DNA of 52,024 nucleotides from a virus (taxonomy: Duplodnaviria > Caudoviricetes). Below, piece by piece: positions 31,501 to 38,452 of this stretch (position 1 is the stretch's first letter; each line of letters begins with the position of its first letter). The stretch covers positions 1 to 52,024 of IMG/VR virus record IMGVR_UViG_3300017912_003772; one strand, written 5' to 3'. Both the position numbers and the translations under genes were made by a program. Below the pieces are notes generated by a model that worked only from the letters and a program-made list of their open reading frames with translations, was not told where the DNA came from and ran no database searches.

Positions 31501-34500
31501 AGGTGACGGGACTACCCCAGGTAGAGGAGCCGGTGGTGCCATTGTTAGAACAAACGACAGAGGTGGTATAGAAAGTATTATACTCACAAAACCAGGTGTT
31601 GGGTACGATAAAGCAAATCCGCCTAAAGTTACAATTATACAAAGAAACACCGGAGACAACAATCAAAATTCTAATTTTGTAAATGCATCTGCAACAGCAA
31701 CAGTAGGCTCACCTACTGACAGAGGCGTACCAGCCAGAGTTGCTAAATTTGAAGTAGAACAAGTCGACACTAAAGGAAAAATTTTAGCACTTAGAGTAAT
31801 TGATAGAGGTGTATATAAAGTATTCCCAGCAGATTTAACACAAGGTGTACCTTTAGAATATGACGTAGTAAACATTGGAGACGAAACAGGATCATTCAAT
31901 GATGAAAACGGAGATCTTATAGAAGGATCATTCACGCAAGGAACAGGCTTAGGTCAATTCAATCCATTAAACGATATGGAAGAATTGCCTTCAGCATCTA
32001 AAGAGGTTGCTGACGATGGAGCAGGTTTTGTACCTTCATTCGATAAAGGATACGATCCTCTAAGAGGTGGTTATGGAGGTGGTACTGGTGCAAGAGTATT
32101 CTTAACAGCCAGAGAAATTCCTGATTGCAGTGAAAAAGGTGATGCTAAGAGTACGTTAGGCTTACCTGATAGAGTAACTGAAGTAAATGTACCAGAAGAT
32201 TTAACAGCATGTTTTAACAGAGCATTAGAAAACGCAGGATACGATCCTAACGATATACGTTTTGATTATGATGATATCAACCCTGATGTAGGATACTTTG
32301 GTCCTACAATGCCTGGATTCGATGGTATTATAATTGACGAAACAACTCCAGGCTTCTTAGATAAATTAGGAATACCAATTGGAACTTACAATGTTGATAT
32401 GCTGTGTATGGTTGCTAATCTTGTAGAAAAGAATGATCCAGAAGCAACAAGAATAACTGCATCAGCACAAGGCTCTGCACTTTCAGATTCAGAAACAGGT
32501 GTAGAGATACTTGCTCAGCCAGAACCTACAGTAGTAGAAATTTCTTGTGTAGAAAGCATTGGACCTATCGGTGGAATAGATTTATTAACCAAGACAGGCA
32601 ACGGGCAAGATCCAGGTAGTATTTTTGGTGACGGAAATGTGTCATTTGTTACTGACTTGTATCAATATGAATTAAGAAATAATTTTGGCGAGCCTGTTTC
32701 TATGCCTCAACTACAGCAAGAATGTGATGTATTAGTTTTTGAAAGTGTGAGATTTGATGATAACAATGGAGGAAATGTTACATCATTAGTAAATGGACAG
32801 TCATCTAATGTTGCAATTAGTGATTTCGATAAAATTTGGATTGACGATTATAATAGCAATGGTTGGGCATATTTAGAAAAAGGTGTAGTAAAATATCAAC
32901 AAGAACCTTTAGTAGATAGTAAATTTGTTAGAAATGCAATGCTGTATGATGCTGATTCAGGTAACAGAGAATTTGATTTATATGAATATGATCCGTTCAA
33001 AGGTATTATTCCAGGCTTTATAGAAAAAGAAATTACATTTATTAGCGATAACGATCCTGTAGTTTATAATTCTGCAAAAGCAAATTTTGGCTCAAATCAT
33101 GTTGGTATGGTATGGTGGGACACATCAAGAGTTTCATATCAATGGTATGAACAAGGAACAAATAGACAACGTTGGCTAAATTGGGGCAGACCATTCCCTG
33201 GAAGTTCTATTGTTTTATACGAATGGGTAAAGAGTAAAAAATTACCACAAGCATACGACGGCACAGGAACTCCTCGATCTGCAAATCAATTTATTGTAGA
33301 AAGAATATTAGATCCAATTTCAAATACATATGAAAATTGTTACTATTATTGGGTACATAACAAAACTGTATTAGATAACGAAGTAGCAATAAAACTTGAT
33401 AGAAAATATGATACTCTTACATTAGCAAGAAATCTTGCAAATCCAATTGGATTAGGCTTGCCTATGATTAGTTATGTGAGTAATGATGCATTTGTATTAC
33501 ATAATGTAAGCCAAATCATAAGAGACGACGAACATCATTTGCAAATTAATTTAAGCAGAAATCTTAATCCAACAGGTAGTAAACATGTATCTTGGAAATT
33601 GTTGAGGGAAAATGACAACAATAGTATTATACCAGATGACTTAACATTAAAAATGATTGATAGTTTGATTGGCTACAACAAAGCAGGGCAGGTGGTCCCA
33701 GACCCACTTTTAAGCGAAGTAGAAGCATATGGTATTAAATTTAGACCAAGACAAAGCATGTTCAAAGATGTAAAAGAAGCAAGAAGAATGTTTGTTAAAG
33801 GCATCAACGAAATACTTGCAGATATCAAACTTAATAGTAGTTATCCAGGTTGGGATAAAACATTACCAGCAACTAAAACTTATATTGAAACTGTAAACTG
33901 GTATGCAGTAGATAGAATAAACAATTTTGATAATTCTAAAGTTAGATATGACGACACATCTAAGCCAGTTTATCAGGTAGGAAGTGCAAACGAGTTGAAA
34001 AAACTCAGAGGCATTCCTAATGATTCTATAGTACAGGTACTACCAAATAAAAATACAAGATTTGAATTGTGGAAGTATATTGCATCAGATGATGACTTTG
34101 AAAGAATAGCAATACAAAACGAAACTATCAAATTAAAAGATACTGTATTTACAGACGATAATAATTTAACAATGGCTAATGAATTAAGATTGTTAATCAA
34201 TGCTTTAATAGATAATGTGTTTGTAAACACTGAATCATGGAACAAATTATTCTTCTTACTAACAAAATATGCTGTGTACGAGCAGGAGCAATTAGATTGG
34301 GCATTTAAATCAAGTTATGTTTACATAGAAAAAGAAGAGGAAGATCTAATACAGTTTAAAGGATTTAAATTAGATAACTTTGAAAAAGTTACTGATTATT
34401 TTGATGAAGTAAAACCATACACATCAAAAGTAAGAGATTACAAAGATGGTAAGAAGTCGCCAATAGAATACATAGGGACAAACAGTCTTGCTGACTTTGA

Positions 34501-35854
34501 TAAGCCGCCATATGCTGACCCTAATACAGGTACAGTAAGAATACTTAATGATTTCTTACAAACAGATTCTAACATTATGCAACAGGATAATGCGTATATT
34601 AATTACTTTAATTTCAGTAATGTGTTTGGCAATGCTTCACCTATAAGAAAAAATAAAACAACATTAACATTTGATAGAACGCATTGGGAACCGTATGCTT
34701 ACACATTTGATCCTACAAAAGAAACTATTAATACATCTATTGCAAAGAATTTAGTTTCACTAACAGCACAAAGTAATGCAGAAGTAAGTGCAAACACTTA
34801 CGTTAGAAACGTAGACAGAGTATTTAAATATAACACCGGAGTGCGTGATCAATTTGTATTAGACTTAAATAATTATTACAATGTTGCTGATGCAGGTACT
34901 AATTCAAATATTGTAGGTAGTGTTGCAAATATTACCACAGTGATTGACGAAGGCGGGTTAAGCACAACATTATCTATGCTGAAAACAAGATCAGACGGTG
35001 ACTTTGGCGGTACATTAATTGACGGCGATGTATTCTCTAAGGTTGTTAGTGGAACAGATGGCACCATGACATATCAACAACAGTTTGGTTTTGATAGCGG
35101 CAAATATGCATCAGTAGGATACGATCCAAAGATCACTGTTAAAAACTTTATTGGTGACTTTACAGCAGAGCCTACTTACATAGTCGACGATCAATTAACA
35201 GAAGGATTTGATGGTGTAACATTCCAAAGAGTTTTATATGGCGAAGAAAGACCAGAAGAACTTGCATTGTTTGATCCTTATGAAACATTAATTTTTAGAG
35301 TTACAACTAATGCTTACGAATCAGGCAACGTAAGTGCAAACGTAGTTTCATCTAACGCATCAACAGTTAAGCATCAAATTACCATGGATTTATTTGGTAA
35401 AACTGAATATATGAGAATGCTTCAAGACGGTAGTGCCAATACAAGAATAACAGCAAACTTCTATACATATTCAGATGCAATAACTGTTGATGACGTTTCT
35501 AAACTACCAGATCCAATTCCAGGTACACCAGGTGTTGTTTGGGTAGGCACAGAACGTATAGAATATGAAAGAAAAGTAGGTAGCCAATTAAAAGAATTAA
35601 GTAGAGGTACTAAAGGTACAACAATACAAAATTGGTATGCAGTAGACCCTGAAACAGGAGATCCAGTTACTGTTGAAGTATTCGATGGAACTGCTGATCA
35701 CGTGTTTACTAAAAAAATACCAGGAAATACTGTAGATGTGTTTGAACCAGACTCAAATGTTTGGTTAGATACTGGTGCAGTAAGTTTAGCAGATAAAGGA
35801 AATGCAAACGTAAGTGATGCAAGTAGCATTATGAAGTTCTTACATAATCTTTAA
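16517..35854 (+). CDS. Giant (6,445 aa) virion structural protein in the gp7-like position
   Basis: Uninterrupted 19.3-kb ORF right after gp6, with beta-rich GxGY repeat modules, two CBM5/12-like motifs, a YHYH-like domain, Gly/Ser and Pro linkers, and a C-terminal VKPYTSKVRDY block. Confidence 0.8.
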   Translation: MADKIYKKLPAVLQTNAIKNFFETTVEQLYSKANVEVVKGYIGTRTSDDASLSGAFISQINPIREEYSLSPIVNNLNANTGISENFIFFDEFTQTLENYGLNLDNQNKIFSADFQTFNPPIDLDKLINYQEYYWDEDGPKAIEVSGSLENPINVTTDVIGKENFTPNSGKKIPFKNGMIVKFIGDYVIPASYVGEEFIVEGVGNSIHLVARGDNYNTRFASAITGQWDATAFTVSNVNVVYSAANVSSVSIVTPGIGYVNPSITLPNVTGHYANIATANISANVIGAITNVAITNANVSHLYTGEVGLSITDTGADANVVESITFSGSTVDTRVVALDSITNFKAGQQVSIGNATAIIKTVNQDGISTIDFSGEANVRTPGSYSNVSSSSTPGTGATFDVVIDSGVATVNNIGPADTNRVAGTYSNVSPEHVRNYLSNAEIEASVGGTVVGVYSNATTSYALNDIVVYNDYYYRMLRLDYTNLNTDWPQAPIGTSKSTTYWQIVPSFDISEGEGATFDIVINGSGAATSVTSNVKGDGYAVGETVTVDIANLGGANSNISGDLAFDVATVTGNVTSVTINEAGSGYGTGNVITIADTELGGVLSNALRFTANVISDSITLTDITSLSNANLSVHAEGTGFSGAVRTDGYSFSTDANGNVTVTLLDSQQISGINPNDPNDFYLKDGAFSFDKDTDGDGEGDQKWGGSLGQLAQDYVTLGRGSKNKNVWSRVNFWYHKENYLDSDTDLPSTSKRAKRPILEYEKDMELYNHGSNSRGTVLVSAGDYLFDDINGMSSNVFVDGVALGSGTTIIFPSETIEKSQYVYQITANATSQKYEVSILPDPVDSTADFTLADGDVVSVKLGQEGIGKEYYYSSTEGLVLAQEKINLHQAPYFNLYDENKKYLGDESTYFRSNFTGNKVFGFTPGTGAVDSEYNFALSYKQFKTSSEISYSNFINEEVSYRPQGQTESQLIPGEYYYKLDKTLPEYCRLFKNANKKSEQRIIARYNYSREDIDAFKDTFDIGCVPNATSFNSSGYDITVTVNGIVNTKWTYNNQQIIFNNEQVLNFNNNDLIDIVSYSKTGRTRSTQNISNYELPIVWHKNNDNKDVVTIAEPEFMPHFKVFMEEQDGFTGNALEFNNFRNTKKENFYGNKIIQSSDNLMLAAFLVDDQPHNIIDSLNYVGKEYTRYKRRVVSEISNQFNVLDFEKDTNENILEIVLKKVISFSVGKNVFNKTYMIPFGDNYQKDDVIVADTSTKIYTSSISLDVDEIQNSLLLYNVNGATTTLLVADTDYTVTATSPIQVTLTDSYTPPIGSQMVFKVYDQDRDSAQCPPTPSATGLYPVFKPQIINDNSFVTARKVLIGHDGSKYKVFGDRRDDILLEFENRIYNNIKKSFRETIDYPELNVYNVRPGKFRPDNTQQVQDWHDLLNQDFEDWVFENKADPIVNEFYDESDDFTWNYRNSSETPGHWRGWYEYHYDTIRPHTHPWEMLGFLSKPTWWDTQYINTTYTDYSSSNIPMWEDLEKGIIRQGSRANINDYKVNNPFRRIGLDIPVDANATLLSPKQITSTDNTTKTVTYANTRENTTQGYVTTSFQLQNGVNVKYDTNNVYVISNNIPNYSESKIDVSEYDNLIREQELTYSITRPNLTSVSESGGTSLPAGAVGVLTNGLPLNNHKGDSYNNENTWHYDIGYQKAGSRGNGIIAETTTDGIITTTVPHSDFANTSSWGDSSTHSGIIGWAFDGLPIYGPYGYTLYYANGQVQNNTITNIKSSFEIKPGARGSGPGGNHTGVFVEDYQYNPAKAADNGYAGKYNHRYGVTPESPTNPIRFYVTTIDSRGKPMFPYAVGGGTTSFGGSNVSYKNSYFAVTNDLTNNSNHESNVSSTATLANKSVSVTTFSKTTNVSDEWQFGDNAPVENAWRSSEQYPFAITEALFLSNPGKFATVFANPDNITKPVANAYKYNSKLTKKAWNYKDRTDFPIHGSKNANGDIATTGYTTFINSFLKHQNLDINTTFVVNLDNLNMKLGHRFAGFIDKDTMTVSLDQFSTTGQSKNLILPSNDIDVIVHNSPHKSRNSYSGVIIEKSSTGYIVKGYDKDLGYFNILESDTTKGRERVQVGGEKVEYIDWAIDRTYEKGTIVKYKDLFYTAKEFVPSSNSFNFGFWTKLRGLPTIKSAQGTFYQETTGVIKRVYYNHEYTDIEDVFDFLISLGRYQTLQGYNFNVAEVGLSRASDWRFAGESFLFWTTGKWEVGNTIELSPMASKVRFIPPIGYTAEIKKITNSQFNIVDREGKSINPKDCDILRENNQLEIIPPTGVDVYGITLFTRETEHAMAIENITEFNDTIFDPFLDQKHERLKIKGSRTANWDGRFLSEGFIINNDELIPNLDNLVETSGRYYELGFVPVDKQIYEKSRQQFGYNERDFLNELDINDDQQFDFYKGMIQSKGTAESLSRIGRSNSIVQGSMEVYDEWAFKAGEFGDTQNDQAIELKIEKQDIVQDPQLITLAFPEDTTGTIDTISVLEKRHKYFNVPEIEITEPSLVTGVQAKAIAALDTNGLLDTITVTEEGSGYDDVSVTVVLSNVFVSNESTTLTSTDAKSSLPITDEQFFAGNNAINSSYVGNANITNLGNITITNELNSNTATINLGSITDVANIVTLINLDANINANITASLILNDTADPGNSGNGQPATYKVNKGVKIVGSDFTIVDDNGNATLSNLQFIDHTHTANLSIQKGETIYDTSTNVVFIANKNFTATNVSDDQSSGNMSLTSNAFNYQPRQRYAFEVAGNTPAGTGITELANITVSVDGTPIANSNYVFDVGDRWQINNPTFISGNTTYVINLNTGILSNSTTANSLNTTTINGVNEFIDVFIDGEQVVNHEDYYTANTTAITFTDVGKLPEGRIQPGANIYVVEKATIDFIDSYKGDLPGSNVNIKVRTNDSIGIVKGEKRIYEITADAKDDEVILIDIDDTSRFLKKPEGVRESNLWPTTSNVSFKGVTDKKYNPIPNAGYVNKANVDYQAFSVADISELFGDNIQFKPIANDHVQVAKSENRDWNVYKLEPASTNIAFVEQGGGEATSYLYTDYSLFNYVDSNQLQETDLSRYLDYRLAIKNTDISDDFVIWTNEQIVNKKAIRIADWGGVNMIEANVTSIGPQANSVFAISNVQPYIAHFRGAEITQADANSIVFVSAPSGTEGMLEGDTVTMYDSTITEYDFNVVSTAYTTDDTVVTTMNNSSESSRTLTFSANDDLEYYQVKYTGNSAVIDLQQIESNIMVANANASAIINSANLVLPANVLPASNTSVTFTRIKTGELNFSVANINLHGANLVAVDKTIRLNTVANSEFSNASFLISSVDAANNSFTVNSESFFIDEGEMIDTSNTSIWNVSGFTLVDNANLHGQTHTVSNVTDISFTIEQANVTSNITLANASFGWHGRTEITTTGDHGVGTGGMVKIIANEFLSGYYYVRSASSNTIVINKPYVSGYDVTGNVITKGIEITAPGHGINAAYAGKRVAVHLMEPRTYNQVYKVSGVDANTIFIDNAFAYTYEANTTADAVVTSIDHNKVTLNGATVALDNMNSEEAVVESFNRQMDLRRGFITSDQMSIRFPMLKKLNPAMQQRGVNKSPYVTGVNLPENLKQNAIITGGMKIPLTKIRKKGFKKDAIVNNLATNFSTGVSGIPGGSALPTATAAQQPTSITTNSGGTQTSQFSYTDPKTGKTTTYNIDYSQSTSIADMMSTFNIGNGFGATNFLGLNLHNVQIPLITPVTTSTNNNGNGGNSNGTGTGNGGGGGGSGGSGGSGGGGGNSGGGGGSTATGGDGGGTSTSGGSGSGTSSSGSGAPVIDPTIGMSFVTRDNCTAKACVPVPDVGGGNAPGPGGYVNQPPDKPEAWGGSATVNSINGTGKGNRKWTSKYSGYYTITGENPSSFSQTGGTDGSAGINRRGFLGARTWSDNGTTNYINQTITINKTGVFYVHALEYGHGNNGSSGFEQTYVRVSSSDNKSIIYDNLSGAGTTATTQGTKLGHNVNTTSIIKDHRRIKVEVTEAGAQITLYAQTKGGGNYWNSIEYHLSAQDGKISPFGPTPLQSSGGTGNPPIDQNVTRTYIRESTTAGKTGHNGDTDSWHFEVKAAGTMKIVFDMYSGTDGMYISGHDSPNTNYPHAGTPMGWTGQGIGSIRPQLASAADKTDLVSGTVRVTNRSAGGTPPFNNVPPNIPGRGPWSNYAGGPGNWGNYPTSASVKDFEYDTNAVTIFGKRCGIKHCGVLYVDVDPAVNKYIRIDVKKPSSVYRMFVDMPKFIPAEDPPANPEPNQDCTVPPHNPGGGTQEGSDSTNNSSGSGANNGGNNSGSNNGGGSSGTGGTNSGGGNNNPPPITGTILAINVITPGRAILSGVNPASVSYSGTTGSGADFDIVTTNGQITNSGITIVDGGQDYRVGDRFSVTSVSFLGQIPGVFEVTRVTTSVNSQTSNLPTTPMVPPAGTPTTTGGGGSGGVGVGNHFNNLLGTVGGFGRAIGGPHRHFPQLPMPHVPNLPGPNDLIALPKGLNKQFRSIGNYSAFGQPDMTGHIMIPQRFKQGAKGQDYILPDGSVGKKTIKNVYNNKFGKYKELSSGRYVNTTVQKITGGKVVPLAQPLQSRIPVTPNPLNGPTVDYQMYSNFFGSGPRGLIRAGTVLVDPRSISIGIDVNGRVIKNIINDGYDLSTTTNNIDVEYGLPPEGQVIFDVVDREPVTLDPPEEVDGVLDPEVAYNFEPGVIIQPIKGKIPQQPAVCMITRPTPATTIKIEDLIGVKEGDGIVINGQTITFNGTSPQQIEAAIKNCATGNNYEVSDTWLEGEKAIRISSCTNAPLTIREGCRGGTYKEVLDFHIVRGFTQVETSNTAVLPATTGYGGYAAYDGDSSSSTIVSPVTPTASYTLYNAEGTATGTFSGSGGNPSTTNGAILSSKSTETGGSGYKVGDRLRLVGGTPVADPYGGISEICITNPGAGYVNGFFDVDENGQRKPFIEVVIGDGTTPGRGAGGAIVRTNDRGGIESIILTKPGVGYDKANPPKVTIIQRNTGDNNQNSNFVNASATATVGSPTDRGVPARVAKFEVEQVDTKGKILALRVIDRGVYKVFPADLTQGVPLEYDVVNIGDETGSFNDENGDLIEGSFTQGTGLGQFNPLNDMEELPSASKEVADDGAGFVPSFDKGYDPLRGGYGGGTGARVFLTAREIPDCSEKGDAKSTLGLPDRVTEVNVPEDLTACFNRALENAGYDPNDIRFDYDDINPDVGYFGPTMPGFDGIIIDETTPGFLDKLGIPIGTYNVDMLCMVANLVEKNDPEATRITASAQGSALSDSETGVEILAQPEPTVVEISCVESIGPIGGIDLLTKTGNGQDPGSIFGDGNVSFVTDLYQYELRNNFGEPVSMPQLQQECDVLVFESVRFDDNNGGNVTSLVNGQSSNVAISDFDKIWIDDYNSNGWAYLEKGVVKYQQEPLVDSKFVRNAMLYDADSGNREFDLYEYDPFKGIIPGFIEKEITFISDNDPVVYNSAKANFGSNHVGMVWWDTSRVSYQWYEQGTNRQRWLNWGRPFPGSSIVLYEWVKSKKLPQAYDGTGTPRSANQFIVERILDPISNTYENCYYYWVHNKTVLDNEVAIKLDRKYDTLTLARNLANPIGLGLPMISYVSNDAFVLHNVSQIIRDDEHHLQINLSRNLNPTGSKHVSWKLLRENDNNSIIPDDLTLKMIDSLIGYNKAGQVVPDPLLSEVEAYGIKFRPRQSMFKDVKEARRMFVKGINEILADIKLNSSYPGWDKTLPATKTYIETVNWYAVDRINNFDNSKVRYDDTSKPVYQVGSANELKKLRGIPNDSIVQVLPNKNTRFELWKYIASDDDFERIAIQNETIKLKDTVFTDDNNLTMANELRLLINALIDNVFVNTESWNKLFFLLTKYAVYEQEQLDWAFKSSYVYIEKEEEDLIQFKGFKLDNFEKVTDYFDEVKPYTSKVRDYKDGKKSPIEYIGTNSLADFDKPPYADPNTGTVRILNDFLQTDSNIMQQDNAYINYFNFSNVFGNASPIRKNKTTLTFDRTHWEPYAYTFDPTKETINTSIAKNLVSLTAQSNAEVSANTYVRNVDRVFKYNTGVRDQFVLDLNNYYNVADAGTNSNIVGSVANITTVIDEGGLSTTLSMLKTRSDGDFGGTLIDGDVFSKVVSGTDGTMTYQQQFGFDSGKYASVGYDPKITVKNFIGDFTAEPTYIVDDQLTEGFDGVTFQRVLYGEERPEELALFDPYETLIFRVTTNAYESGNVSANVVSSNASTVKHQITMDLFGKTEYMRMLQDGSANTRITANFYTYSDAITVDDVSKLPDPIPGTPGVVWVGTERIEYERKVGSQLKELSRGTKGTTIQNWYAVDPETGDPVTVEVFDGTADHVFTKKIPGNTVDVFEPDSNVWLDTGAVSLADKGNANVSDASSIMKFLHNL
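27815..28020 (+). repeat. Low-complexity Gly/Ser/Asn linker inside the giant gene
   Basis: Encodes NNNGNGGNSNGTGTGNGGGGGGSGGSGGSGGGGG...; DNA has tandem GGCGGTTCA units; a second similar tract lies at about 29450-29600. Confidence 0.85.
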
Positions 35855-35877
35855 TAAAATGCTAATTTAATAAATAT

Positions 35878-35885
35878 GATAAATA
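35878..35885 (+). promoter_or_regulatory. T4-type late promoter GATAAATA
   Basis: Intergenic; ATG at 35892 after 6 nt; a second AATAAATA at 35869-35876. Confidence 0.7.
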
Positions 35886-35891
35886 GTAATT

Positions 35892-36539
35892 ATGAACGAC
35901 GAAGATAAAAAAATGAATAGTAGCGATACAGAACACAAACCAGACGATAAACTTGGTCTGAATATGAGTGGACATATCCTAATAAAGGATAAAGAAACTG
36001 GCGAAGAAATTATCAATAAAAGAAATGCTATTCACTATGGAAACATGGCAAGAATTGTTGGGCAGGCATTAAACAATGTCAGCGAAGCAAGAATTTATTA
36101 CATGGCTTTCGGTAATGGCGGAACAAGTGTTGATACAACAGGAAAAATTGTATATAAAACACCACGAGTATCCGAAGCATTCGAATCGTCGGCAAATTTA
36201 TATAGTAGAACCTTTAAAAAAATAGTAGGTTTAAATACTGATACTGATAAAGTTGAAGTGATTACAGGCGCAACATACACAGATTTAAAAATTACATGTA
36301 CATTAGGATACAACGAACCAAGCGATCAAGAATTGTTTGATTCAAGTACAACAAACGAAGGAGATTATATATTTGATGAACTTTCATTGTTTAGTTATCC
36401 TTCCACTCCGTCACCAACGGATGGGAGCGATCCTATAGAGAGCAGTAATATGTTAACACATGTGATATTTCACCCAGTGCAAAAATCACTAAATAGAGTT
36501 ATAGAAGTAATATACACCGTAAGGGTTCAACTGAGTTAA
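35892..36539 (+). CDS. Virion structural protein (baseplate/fibre-attachment-like)
   Basis: NAIHYGNM, MAFGNGG, YIFDELSL and HPVQKSLNRVIEVIYTV resemble tail-collar/fibre-attachment folds; late promoter and structural context. Confidence 0.55.
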   Translation: MNDEDKKMNSSDTEHKPDDKLGLNMSGHILIKDKETGEEIINKRNAIHYGNMARIVGQALNNVSEARIYYMAFGNGGTSVDTTGKIVYKTPRVSEAFESSANLYSRTFKKIVGLNTDTDKVEVITGATYTDLKITCTLGYNEPSDQELFDSSTTNEGDYIFDELSLFSYPSTPSPTDGSDPIESSNMLTHVIFHPVQKSLNRVIEVIYTVRVQLS

Positions 36540-36552
36540 TAGAGGATAAAAG

Positions 36553-38424
36553 ATGGCTTATAGTATAACAAATACAGACGGCTCGGTAGCAATAACTATA
36601 TCTGATTCAGTTATAGATTCAAGCACTTATTCTGTAGACTTAATTGGACAAAATGCCAGTAATTATGGTCCAAGCATTGCCAAAAATGCAATTAGGCTAT
36701 TGGAAAATTTTGCAAGTGAAACTGCACCAAGTCCTGGAACTAAACTTACCGGTCAATTATGGTATGACAAAAGCGAAAACATTTTAAAAATTTGGAATGG
36801 TTCAGTATTTAAAAGAATTGATGTACCTAAACTTGCATCAGCACCAACAACAAGTTTGGCAACTGGTACAAAATATTTCAATTCAAAAAACAATCAAGAA
36901 TATTACTACGATGGTTCTGCATTTAGACTTAGTAACTATGGTGGTGAAGTAAGTTCTGCATTTTCAAGTTATACACAAATAGGTGAGCCTCAAAATAGTT
37001 ACGGTACAAAAATTAAAACAATTTACTTGAAAGACAGTTCCGGTGTTCCTCGAGCCGTTACTGCACTTGTTCATGTAAATGATAGTACAAATTCAAATTA
37101 TCAAGGTGCAACATCTCATCCTAACCTTAATACTAATGAAACTATCATGGCAATATTTTCAAATGATGCTTTCACAGTTGGTAACCAAACATCAGAATCA
37201 GAAGGTCAATTAGTTAATTACTATTCAGAGTTAAGTAGTACAAATGGTATTGGTGTTAGTATTGTTAAAGGTATTAATTTAAGAAGTGAATATACGCAGG
37301 CATCAGTTGCTCTTGCAGATTTGGCAACGTTGGCCACAACCGCAAATTCACTTTATCACGATTCACAAGGTGTAACTTATACAGCAGACGCAACTGATTC
37401 AAATCATTTATTTAATAATACAGAAAACTTAATACCAGCATCAGACAATGCAAATGACATTGGTAGCAGTTCAAAAGTTTTCCAAAGTGCATTTATCTCA
37501 GGAATCACAATTGGTGATTCAGGTGCTTCAACAGGTAGTATTACACCAACAGGAAATGGTACTGTACAATTAGGTAGCACAACAAAAAGATTTGGTCAAG
37601 CATATTTTACAAATGCAGATTTTACAGGAAATGTTACATTTGGTGCAGGTGTACAAAATTTAGGTACAAGTTCTTCACCAGTTGAAAATTTCTACGCAAG
37701 TAATATTACAGCCGCAGGTAACATTGTAGTTAATACATATAATATGCCTGTAAGTGGTACTGCCGCGGCAAATACTGCAATTTTAACAGACGGAAATAAT
37801 AATTTAAGTTTCCAAACTATTCCTTTAACCACAACGCAAATGATTGCAGGTTCAGGTTTAACAGGCGGCGGCACACTTGCCGCAGATAGAACATTTAATG
37901 TAGGTGCAGGAAGTTATATTAACGTAAATGCAAACGATATTGATGTTGATGCAACAACTACTGCAACTGCAAGTAAAGTTGTAGCCAGAGACGGCGCAGG
38001 TAATGTTTATGCAACATACTTTAATGGTATAGCAACGTCGGCTCACTATGCTGACCTGGCAGAAATATATGTTGCAGATGCAGACTATGGGCCAGGCACA
38101 GTTGTTAAGTTAGGTGGCGAAAAAGAAATTACACAAACAAATAGTCATGCAGACATAGACGTATTTGGAGTTATATCTACAAACCCAGCATATTTAATGA
38201 ACAAAGATGCTGAAGGTTTACCAGTAGCACTCACAGGTAGAGTCCCTGTAAATGTTATAGGAAAAGTTAAAAAAGGTGAAAGACTTATATCCAGTGATGT
38301 CCCAGGTGTTGCTTGGGCATTAGGCGAAGATGATTACGACGCAAGAGCAGTTATAGGTAGAGCCTTAGAAGATAAAGAAGACGGCGATGCTGGGGTCATT
38401 GAAGCAGTCATCGGTGTTAAATAG
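36553..38424 (+). CDS. Tail fibre-like protein with a C-terminal intramolecular-chaperone (Peptidase G2-like) domain
   Basis: LLENFA...GQLWYD N-terminus; GSGLTGGG fibre repeat; C-terminal YADLAE, GVISTNPAYLMN and PVALTGRVPV typical of autocleaving chaperone domains. Confidence 0.75.
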   Translation: MAYSITNTDGSVAITISDSVIDSSTYSVDLIGQNASNYGPSIAKNAIRLLENFASETAPSPGTKLTGQLWYDKSENILKIWNGSVFKRIDVPKLASAPTTSLATGTKYFNSKNNQEYYYDGSAFRLSNYGGEVSSAFSSYTQIGEPQNSYGTKIKTIYLKDSSGVPRAVTALVHVNDSTNSNYQGATSHPNLNTNETIMAIFSNDAFTVGNQTSESEGQLVNYYSELSSTNGIGVSIVKGINLRSEYTQASVALADLATLATTANSLYHDSQGVTYTADATDSNHLFNNTENLIPASDNANDIGSSSKVFQSAFISGITIGDSGASTGSITPTGNGTVQLGSTTKRFGQAYFTNADFTGNVTFGAGVQNLGTSSSPVENFYASNITAAGNIVVNTYNMPVSGTAAANTAILTDGNNNLSFQTIPLTTTQMIAGSGLTGGGTLAADRTFNVGAGSYINVNANDIDVDATTTATASKVVARDGAGNVYATYFNGIATSAHYADLAEIYVADADYGPGTVVKLGGEKEITQTNSHADIDVFGVISTNPAYLMNKDAEGLPVALTGRVPVNVIGKVKKGERLISSDVPGVAWALGEDDYDARAVIGRALEDKEDGDAGVIEAVIGVK

Positions 38425-38431
38425 GTAAATA
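38424..38431 (+). promoter_or_regulatory. Possible variant late promoter GGTAAATA
   Basis: TAAATA core in a short intergenic gap, followed by AGGAG (38443-38447) and ATG 38453. Confidence 0.4.
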
Positions 38432-38452
38432 GTAATATAATTAGGAGATAGC

